In this document: positions 1 to 7,472 of the stretch, piece by piece | Numbering within the stretch: position 1 is the stretch's first letter | Layout of the letters: every line of letters begins with the position of its first letter | DNA from: Promethearchaeota archaeon | Lineage (GTDB): Archaea; Asgardarchaeota; Lokiarchaeia; Sigyniarchaeales; SOKP01 | Direction of reading: 5' to 3' | Length of the DNA stretch: 43,014 nt | Assembly: GCA_048941285.1 (NCBI GenBank) | Contig: JBHLNS010000030.1 | Span: forward strand, 1 to 43,014 | Notes under the pieces: model-generated | Told to the model about the DNA's origin: nothing | What the model saw: the letters and a program-made list of their open reading frames with translations, nothing else | Database searches by the model: none | Position numbers and translations under genes: made by a program

Positions 1-222
1 AAGGAAAATCTACAATGGATGAGGATATTTCATAATATTTCCAATAATTCAGAATTTATTGCTTTTTTAGGATTTTCGAATAAGGAGCAATTTAATCAAT
101 TAAGACAACTCGGTGATTTTTATTTGGAGGAATATTTATTCACGGGGATTGAAGAACCACTTGGAATGTCCTGTGTTGCTAGCTATAATCAATTCATATG
201 TAAATTATTATCTCCCGTCTGA
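1..222 (+). CDS. Possible 3' fragment of a hypothetical protein (frame open from the window edge)
   Basis: Frame 1 is open from base 1 to TGA at 220-222; no recognisable motif; could be spurious. Confidence 0.25.
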   Translation, partial: KENLQWMRIFHNISNNSEFIAFLGFSNKEQFNQLRQLGDFYLEEYLFTGIEEPLGMSCVASYNQFICKLLSPV

Positions 223-300
223 TTCTCATCAACAAAAAAATCTAAATTTCTTATTTTAACAAATTTTAATGAACCTAATATACCCAAGAAAAGCAATGGA

Positions 301-350
301 GCTTATACTTCCGATGAGTCCGAGAATAGGTCGAAATTTATAAATTGAGA
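301..350 (+). ncRNA. Degenerate hammerhead-ribozyme-like motif
   Basis: CCGATGA-GTCC-GAGAATA-GGTC-GAAA at 311-336 resembles the core CUGAUGA-stem II-GAAA, but has U4->C, a U.U mismatch in stem II and weak stems I and III. Confidence 0.3.
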
Positions 351-480
351 TCTAATAATAACATAATTGTATTTAAGATCTTTTGGATCCTCAGTAAAAT
401 TTTTATCACTAATCTTATTATGTATAATTTAGGTGTTTTAATATCGTAATATGAAATTGTAATAAGAAAGTTAAATATAA

Positions 481-798
481 TTAATTGGTTTTATAAAATT
501 CTCGTACCGTCCCTTTCTTAATGTTTTCTTGTAATTTTGGGGTTTTTTCAAGATTTTGGGCATCTATGAATTTTCCATCTATGGAGTAATAGTAGATCCT
601 AATGGTTTCCTTATAATCTACTAGTACTAAATAGAATGCCCCCTCCACTCGTCTTACAACTAATTCTTTCAAGGGGCCTCCTTTCGTAAGGACTTGCTCA
701 CCTTTTACTCTTAATACTTGGACTGAGAATGGCCGCTTCTCCCTAAATTCACGTTTCGCAAAAAAGATCAATTGTTTAACAATTTTTCTCTGATTCAT
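481..798 (-). CDS. Hypothetical protein (105 aa)
   Basis: ATG-started ORF with protein-like composition; no family recognised. Confidence 0.6.
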   Translation of the reverse strand: MNQRKIVKQLIFFAKREFREKRPFSVQVLRVKGEQVLTKGGPLKELVVRRVEGAFYLVLVDYKETIRIYYYSIDGKFIDAQNLEKTPKLQENIKKGTVREFYKTN

Positions 799-1075
799 AT
801 GGGAATTTCGAAGTATATGTTCTAATAGTATAAGTTTTAATGAGAATTATAAATATATATATTTCTTCATTTCTTTAGACGATATTAATATAAGTGGTGT
901 ATGTAATTTTCCTGTTTTTTCTAAAACTAATCAATAAAAGAGATATTGAATAGATTTAAAGAGTTTTTTGATTTATTACAAGAATAAAATCAATAATTTT
1001 TGTTTATTTTTAATAGCCATTCCTAAAGATAAAAAGGTAAAATTTGACTTAGAGAAAATAGAAATATTTTTTATT

Positions 1076-1091
1076 AATACCATATGGTATT
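1076..1091. promoter_or_regulatory. 16-bp perfect palindrome, candidate operator
   Basis: AATACCATATGGTATT overlapping the 3' end of a TATA-like TTTTTTATTAA and about 30 nt upstream of ATG 1121. Confidence 0.3.
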
Positions 1092-1120
1092 TCTAAAGAT
1101 AAAAATAAAAGGTAAGCAAT

Positions 1121-1417
1121 ATGAGAAAGCTATATTTTGGTATTATATCAGTGATCTTAGGGTTAATATCCCTTCTAAATTTGATTTTAATAGTATTAAG
1201 TACCTATTATACGGGGGTAGTTGTAGGCAGTATCTGGCTTAGTATTTTTCTTCAGATTGCCTCAATAGTCTTAGGAATAGTAAGTATTATAAAAGATGAT
1301 TCAAAGGTTTTAGGATTAATAGGATTAATCATTGGAGTAAACCTTTTAAGAGGTTCATTAGTCTTTACATATTTCTGGGTGACAATCCTAGCACCTCTAT
1401 GGACGGGTATGGGTTAA
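1121..1417 (+). CDS. Small membrane protein (about 3 TM helices)
   Basis: Three hydrophobic stretches; AAGGT SD-like motif upstream. Confidence 0.7.
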   Translation: MRKLYFGIISVILGLISLLNLILIVLSTYYTGVVVGSIWLSIFLQIASIVLGIVSIIKDDSKVLGLIGLIIGVNLLRGSLVFTYFWVTILAPLWTGMG

Positions 1418-1433
1418 GTCTTTTTTATCTTTA

Positions 1434-1716
1434 CTAGATTGTATTCTTCTCGCAGCCATACTTTTCAATATCCTTGACTAACTGCTCTAGAAGATCTTTT
1501 TTCATTTTCTCATATATCTCTTTTTTCATGATTTTTAATCTTCTTGGATGCCATTCCTGCTATTAGCAGTCTATTTGTTCTAGCCAATCCTATAAGATTA
1601 TTTCTTTGAGGTATTAAGAATGGGATCATAATTTTTTGTTTTCTTTTCAGGATTTCATTGTATAAATCGTCTGAATCTTTGGACAGTATTATTTCCTCTT
1701 CAAACATGAAACTCAT
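1434..1716 (-). pseudogene. Hypothetical protein, possibly frameshifted near 1532-1536
   Basis: ORF 1510..1716 ends at TGA. Removing one A from the A5 run (ATTAAAAATCATG) continues into IMKKEIYEKMKKDLLEQLVKDIEKYGCEKNTI-TAG (stop 1434-1436). Confidence 0.35.
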
Positions 1717-1762
1717 GAAATTGTAAGCTAACTAAATTTCATAAGAATTTTAAAGATTAGGC

Positions 1763-2266
1763 CTAACTTTTTTCTTTTATTGCTGATAAAGGACTTTTTG
1801 GCGTAAAACCAATAAGATCTTCTTCCTCTCTTTTAACAATATAGGAAGGAGCATTTATTTTTTTTCCCCGAACTTGGATATGTCCATGAGTTATATATTG
1901 TCTTGCTTGATAAACGGTACTGGCGAGTCCTTTTTCATAAACAAGAGTCTGGAGTCTTCTTTTTAAAAGGTCTTCAGTTGTTAGCAGTAATACATCCTCA
2001 AACTCTGCTTCAGAGCCAATGATACCTAATCTATTTAGTTTCTGAATTAAAGTTTGCTGGACTTCTTTAGCACGTTCTGTAGACAATGTTCTGGACTGTC
2101 TTGCGATATCACGCCAATTTCCGAGCATTGTACGCATTTTCCAATATTCTCGCTTATTTCTTAGTCCATATTTACCAAGAAATTCGAGTTCTTCCATTAT
2201 TCTGTCTCTTTGAAATGGATGTTTTGGTTTTTTAAATTTCCTCTTTAAACGTCTGGGGTCTCCCAT
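1763..2266 (-). CDS. rps4: 30S ribosomal protein uS4 (archaeal S4)
   Basis: MGDP..KF..PKHP, YGLRNKRE, RRLQT, ARQYITHGHI motifs; SD GGGTGA upstream. Confidence 0.97.
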   Translation of the reverse strand: MGDPRRLKRKFKKPKHPFQRDRIMEELEFLGKYGLRNKREYWKMRTMLGNWRDIARQSRTLSTERAKEVQQTLIQKLNRLGIIGSEAEFEDVLLLTTEDLLKRRLQTLVYEKGLASTVYQARQYITHGHIQVRGKKINAPSYIVKREEEDLIGFTPKSPLSAIKEKS

Positions 2267-2284
2267 TTTTTCACCCTTATCTAA

Positions 2285-2782
2285 TTATTTTTTTACTTGT
2301 TGTTGACCTTTTTTTCGTCTCATGACACCTACAACTAGACCATGGCGTCCGGTACTTTTTGTTCTTTGACCGCGTACTTTTAATCTTAAGTGATGTCGCA
2401 CGCCTTTGTAACTCTTTATCTTCTTCATTCTATCGACATCTCTTCTGACAGTTATCTCTAGCTTATTTCCAATTATATGAAGATCCTCACCTGTACGTAG
2501 ATCTTTTGGTCGATTTACCATCCAATTAGGAACACCATTTTCAACAGGGTTCATAATTATCTCTTCAATTTTGTTTAGATCTTTTTCACCAATAGCTCCT
2601 ATTCTTAGATTAGGATCTATTGCTGCTACTTTAACTATAGCTTGAGCGAATCTTCTACCTATGCCTCTAATCTGTGTTAAGGCATGTTCAACTTTGGCAT
2701 TTCCATCCACTTGTGTTCTTAGTTTACGAAAAAATACTTTTTCACGAAAATTTTTTGGCCGAACAGCAGATAAAGAACTCAT
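2285..2782 (-). CDS. rps13: 30S ribosomal protein uS13 (archaeal S13, eukaryotic S18-type)
   Basis: ALTQIRGIGRRFA, P.W..NR.KD..TG, SYKGVRH...LKVRGQRTKSTGR. Confidence 0.97.
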   Translation of the reverse strand: MSSLSAVRPKNFREKVFFRKLRTQVDGNAKVEHALTQIRGIGRRFAQAIVKVAAIDPNLRIGAIGEKDLNKIEEIIMNPVENGVPNWMVNRPKDLRTGEDLHIIGNKLEITVRRDVDRMKKIKSYKGVRHHLRLKVRGQRTKSTGRHGLVVGVMRRKKGQQQVKK

Positions 2783-2913
2783 ACGAACTCAATCAATTAA
2801 TTTTTTGTTTTCTTTTTCGATTTAATGGTAGTAAATACAGAATTTAATATTAAATTTTTGGTTTTCCTTGAGGAGAAGTTGGAGGATTCATAGATTTCTT
2901 AAAACTTAAAATT

Positions 2914-4407
2914 CTAATAATGTGGAACTCTCTTATTTTCTTCTAATTTTAAAGTTATATGCTTTTTACTCTTAGTTTTTTTGGAATTAGCAATTTTTTC
3001 TAATAAGGATAAACCGGGTTTCACGTCTGCTATTGGTTTGGATTCAATTAATTTGTTTTTAATTAACTCATTATATAATTCCATTCCTTTCTCAGTCCTA
3101 ATTAGGACTGTGTTCCATCCTGAAGGAGATCCTATTGATCCAATTGATATATCTGCTGATTCAGATGTTAAATCATAACACATTTCACAATCTTCTCTTG
3201 CTAAATGTGAAATTTCTTTAATTGGAATATTTAGTTCATCTCCATTTTTAGTATAAACAAAGAATTTTCCTTTATTAATGTCCATTTTCTTTGCGTTATT
3301 AATATCAATGTTTAGTTTCTTACAAATATTTAAAATAGATTCGTAAGAAAAAGATTCCATACAGAAGATACCAATTCTATATTCCACATTATTTACTGAT
3401 GGAAATCCTATGTTATAAATATTGGATTTTAGAAGAGCTTGCATTTGGCAAGGTACTCCTACAACCGCAATTTTTTTCCCATTTAATTCGTTTTCATTCA
3501 ATAATTGTAAATTAGGATTGTTCACATATTTAGTACCTGCTGAAGAGAGGATATCTTCCTTGTTTTTAATTAGAATTGGTTCAGGTCGCCATAAAGTATT
3601 ACTCATTTTGGCTCCAATTGCTAAATTAATTTTATTTTTTTCTAAAAGATACTGTATACAAGTGCTTGAAATGCCTCCATCTTGACAAATTTCAGATATT
3701 TCTTTTATTTTAGTTCTTGCGGAATAGGCTTCAATATAATGTCCAATTTTACCATAATTTTTAATTTCAGAAGCATGTTCCTGAGTCATATTTAAGATTT
3801 TAACTGGTAAATAAGTCCTAGGACAAACAAAATAGCATAAGCCACACCTAATGCATTTATCTTCATCAATTTTTCCAAAACCATTATAAATACGAAGACA
3901 ATTTACTGGACAGATTCCAGCACAGAGCCCGCAACCTGAACAATTTTTAGATTCAAATATAACCTTTACAGGTTCATAAATTGTTTTGAGTTTTGAAATT
4001 TCTCCGTCTAAAACTTGGATTGAAAAATCATTGAAGATTAGATTTTCAGGATTATCTTCATCTCCTTCAATTTCATCATATAATTCTTCCACAATTATAA
4101 GTCTCTCATTTCTAAGTAATTCGAATAAACTTAATGTTTTAGTTAAATCAAGAGAATTAGTTTTAGAAAATATGCTTAAAGTTTTGAGATTATTATCAGA
4201 ATTTTTTTTTAAAAAATTAAATAAAGAGTATTTTAATTTTTCTTCATCTAACATTCTATAAAGGATAGTATCATACTCTATTTCATTATATATTCCAGCT
4301 TCTAAAATTTCACGTTTAGCATCAATAAACGCTCGAATTCTATATGAATCTAATGCATCTGCTAGATTTTTTAAAAATTCCCATGAAAGATTATTTTCAA
4401 GACTCAT
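2914..4407 (-). CDS. Coenzyme F420 hydrogenase/dehydrogenase beta-subunit family protein (FrhB/FdhB/FpoF-like) with 2x[4Fe-4S] domain and about 140-aa N-terminal extension
   Basis: CSGCGLCAGICP and CIRCGLCYFVCP ferredoxin motifs; FrhB motifs QDGG, AGTKY, VGVPCQ, IGIFCMESF, C..CYD....ADISIGSIGSP.GWNTV. Confidence 0.9.
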   Translation of the reverse strand: MSLENNLSWEFLKNLADALDSYRIRAFIDAKREILEAGIYNEIEYDTILYRMLDEEKLKYSLFNFLKKNSDNNLKTLSIFSKTNSLDLTKTLSLFELLRNERLIIVEELYDEIEGDEDNPENLIFNDFSIQVLDGEISKLKTIYEPVKVIFESKNCSGCGLCAGICPVNCLRIYNGFGKIDEDKCIRCGLCYFVCPRTYLPVKILNMTQEHASEIKNYGKIGHYIEAYSARTKIKEISEICQDGGISSTCIQYLLEKNKINLAIGAKMSNTLWRPEPILIKNKEDILSSAGTKYVNNPNLQLLNENELNGKKIAVVGVPCQMQALLKSNIYNIGFPSVNNVEYRIGIFCMESFSYESILNICKKLNIDINNAKKMDINKGKFFVYTKNGDELNIPIKEISHLAREDCEMCYDLTSESADISIGSIGSPSGWNTVLIRTEKGMELYNELIKNKLIESKPIADVKPGLSLLEKIANSKKTKSKKHITLKLEENKRVPHY

Positions 4408-4440
4408 AATTTTATGAAATACTTTTTAAATACAAATTTT

Positions 4441-4500
4441 TCCGAAAACCCGGGCTTGGGGTTAGTTTCTTTTCAACTATTATTTTTTTGAAAAGATCAT
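4441..4500 (-). promoter_or_regulatory. Candidate SECIS-like structured RNA 3' of mvhD
   Basis: One nt after the mvhD TAG: AUGA, then a perfect 9-bp stem UCUUUUCAA/UUGAAAAGA with an A-rich 11-nt loop, then a GC-rich AACCC/GGGUU hairpin. The 3' GA of a canonical kink-turn core is not cleanly placed. Confidence 0.35.
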
Positions 4501-4501
4501 T

Positions 4502-4927
4502 CTAATTCGGATTATATTTTGGTAATGGAGGGAGACTATGAATTTTGGATGAGATATCTTCGACTGATCTTATAAATTTTTCAACTTCTGCCGCTGAACA
4601 AAAATATTGCTGAACTCTTTCTTCAGAAATACCTTCATGTTTTAATAATTTCTTTAATGTTAGAACGTGTTCATATGTAGTAGTATTACCATTTCCAAAT
4701 TCACATTCTCCTTCTTTTCAAGAAATTATTGCAACACCATCAGCACCATTTAAAAAAGCCTCCATAATTAGATGGATCCCAATTCTTCCAGTACATCTCA
4801 CACGAATGAGATGAAAGTCTGTAGAGTAAGATTTTCTCGTAACTCCTGTTAAGTCTGCTGCTGAATACCCTCACTTATCACAACCAAAAGCTATAATTCT
4901 TCTTGAATTATTTTTTTTAGTAGCCAT
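4502..4927 (-). CDS. mvhD: Hydrogenase iron-sulfur delta subunit MvhD/VhuD, selenoprotein with 2 Sec (141 aa); absent from the ORF track
   Basis: Manual translation: MATKKNNSRRIIAFGCDK-U19-GYSAADLTG...IRVRCTGRI...EAFLNGADGVAIIS-U70-KEGECEFGNGN...GISEERV...CSAAE...LPPLPKYNPN-TAG. TGA codons at 4871-4873 and 4718-4720 occupy conserved Cys positions; SD GAGGT upstream. Confidence 0.93.
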
Positions 4928-4939
4928 TATTTTTTACCT

Positions 4940-6952
4940 CTAATTTACTGATTGGTCAACACTTTCAGATGACACATCTATTAATTCTGCTTCACTGCAT
5001 CCAATACCTTTAATTTCTTGAGTAAATTGTTTATCACGGTAATATTTTAAGTCAATAGCTCTTGCTGGACAAGATGATATGCACACACCACAACCTTTAC
5101 ATTTTAAATCGTCAACTTCTGCAATTTCACTTTCATTTACTTTTATTGCTTCGTATGTACAGAGTTTTTCACACCTGCGACAGCCCATACAGAGATTCTT
5201 ATCTACTTCAGCAATAATTAATTCTTGTTTGATAGTATCATGCGATAAAATCGTTGATGCTTTACTTGCTGCCGCCAATGCAGAAGATACTGAATAGGGA
5301 ATGTTTTTTGGCCCCGCAGCACAGCCAGCTATGTATATTCCTAAATCCTTTGTTTCTTGTGGGTTTAAGCATCCATGAATTTCAGAGAGGAATCCTCCGG
5401 GACCTTTAGTTAATCCCATTACATTAATCATTTCTTCAGTGCCTTTTGACGGAATCATTCCTGTTGATAAGACGACTAGATCAGCATCAATTTTTACAAT
5501 TTCTCCAGTTAAGGATGAATAAGCTCTAACTTTTAGCTTATTTGTTTTAGTATCTTCTATAATTTCACCTACCTTTCCTCTAATCATTCGAATGCCTGAT
5601 TCTCGTATTTTTCTATAGTATTCTTCATTGCCTTTATCTGTTGTTCGAATATCAATATAGAACATGATCACGTCCATTTCTGGATATTCTTGCTTTAATA
5701 ATTGAGCATTTTTAAGTGCCACACTACAACAAACAAATGAACAATAAGGATTTGCATTTACATCCCTAGAGCCTACACATTGAATCATTACAACAGTTTT
5801 TGGTGTTTCTCCGTTTGATATTCTATATACATGTCCTCCAGTAGGGCCAATCGGACTTAAAAGTCTTTCTAATTCTATCTGAGTTATAACGTCAGGATAG
5901 TATCCATAATTATATTCGTTTGACTTCCATATTGGATACTCGTCCCAACCTGTGGCAACAATTACAGCTCCTACTTTAACATCTACATATTCTACTTCTT
6001 GTTCAAAATTTATTGCTTCAGCTGGACATATGCGTTCACAATTTTTACAATCGATACATACACTTCTGTCCATCACAGCTAATTTAGGTACTGCTTGCGG
6101 AAAAGGTATATAAATTGCTCCTCTCTCACCTATACCTCTATCAAATTCACTAGGAACTTTGATAGGACATTTAGTTGTACATAATCCACACCCTGTACAT
6201 TTTTTTTCGTCTACATAACGGGGGTTTTTCCGGATCTTAACTTTATAATCTCCAGGAATACCACTAAATTCCACTACATCACTATATGTAAATAGGTTTA
6301 TATTTGGGTGTTTTGATGCATTTACCATTATTGGTGCCAAAACTCATATTCCACAATCATCAGTTGGATAAATTCTATCTAACTGTGCCATTTTACCTCC
6401 AATAGTAGCTTCTTTCTCTACTAAATACACAGGGGTCCCTTGATTAGCTAAATCTAAAGCAGCATTCATCCCAGCAATACCTGCACCGACAATTAACACA
6501 GCTTTTTCAACAGGAATTTCTTTTCTAGGAATATTTTCCAATTCACGGGCACGATTGATTCCAGCTTTAACTAATCTTATAGCTTTCTCAGTTGCTTTAT
6601 TCTTATCATCCCTATGAACAAAAGAACAGTGTTCTCTTAAATTTACCATTTGAAAAAAATACGGACTTAAACCAGCTTCAACTAGTACAGCTCTATAGGT
6701 TGGTTCATGAATTTTTGGGGTACAAGCAGCAACTACTACTCTATTTAGATCTTGTTCTAAAATATCATTTCTAATAGTATTTTGTCCAGGATCTGAACAT
6801 GTAAATGAATTAACTCTAGAAATGACCACATTTGGTAAGTTTTCTATTGCGGTTTTAACTGCATCACAATCAACAGAAGCTTTAATATTCACGCCTCACT
6901 CGCATACATAGACTCCAATTCTCGGTACATCCTTGGTCTGTTTATCAGACAT
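4940..6952 (-). CDS. hdrA: Heterodisulfide reductase subunit A (FAD, Fe-S), selenoprotein with 2 Sec (670 aa); joins track ORFs 6344..6892 and 4940..6340
   Basis: ATG 6952 behind AGGTGA. MSDKQTKDVPRIGVYVCE-U19-GVNI (TGA 6896-6898) and LDRIYPTDDCGI-U203-VLAP (TGA 6344-6346) lie in one frame. ACTP..HE, NLREHCSFVH, GAGIAG, QCVGSRD, YCSFVCC and two 2x[4Fe-4S] domains are present. Confidence 0.95.
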
Positions 6953-7180
6953 ATTTTTCACCTTCTTGTATAGCGTCACCACAATTTTTTGATAATTTGA
7001 ATTTTTTACTATATTTGATTGAGATTTGAAATTAATGAAATAATTTATTTTTTCTGATTAGAGTTCAATAGGTGGTATTAATTATTTTCTTTTGTTTTAT
7101 GTTTTAATCATTTAATTTTCAATAAAGCTTTTATAGAACTTCTCGTGAATTTTTTATTGTAAAAATAATTATTCATTAAT

Positions 7181-7366
7181 ATGTCAGAGATGGAAGAAAA
7201 AAAGAAAGAAGATTATGCAATTGAGTTTATGGCAGAAGAAGGTTTAAAAGGAAAAGCAAGAAGAATTAAAATTATGAAGATTATTGATATGGTGGGTTAT
7301 GATAAGAGGAAGATTAAAACGGCACTAGCACGTTCTACTATTAATGATAGGATTCACCATGAATAA
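7181..7366 (+). CDS. Small hypothetical protein (61 aa)
   Basis: Clean ATG..TAA ORF with protein-like composition, divergent from hdrA and upstream of serS. Confidence 0.65.
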   Translation: MSEMEEKKKEDYAIEFMAEEGLKGKARRIKIMKIIDMVGYDKRKIKTALARSTINDRIHHE

Positions 7367-7472
7367 TACCATTTTTTATAAAAACATTTTTGAATCAACT
7401 TCACATTTTAATAAAATATAATTTTATAAAATTTAAATTAAATTTTCAAAGAGAAATCAAGGGAAGTTAATC

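Noticed and set aside
220-348. Sec read-through of the TGA at 220-222 (frame stays open about 41 more codons)
   Set aside because: No Cys/redox motif context and no recognisable selenoprotein family; the upstream ORF itself is doubtful.
930-987. Coding-like fragment IKEILNRFKEFFDLLQE-stop
   Set aside because: Preceded by an in-frame stop and too short to support; may be chance or a gene remnant.
2860-2891. Second AUGA-hairpin after the frhB-like gene as SECIS
   Set aside because: Only a 4-bp stem (UCCU/AGGA) and no correctly placed 3' GA; too weak to call.
4502-6952. Genome-wide reassignment of UGA (to Trp or Gly), or pseudogenisation of hdrA/mvhD
   Set aside because: TGA serves as a normal stop at 16582-16584, 24732-24734 and 34606-34608, and TGG encodes Trp throughout. 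The four in-frame TGAs all hit Cys positions with no other lesions, which fits Sec.
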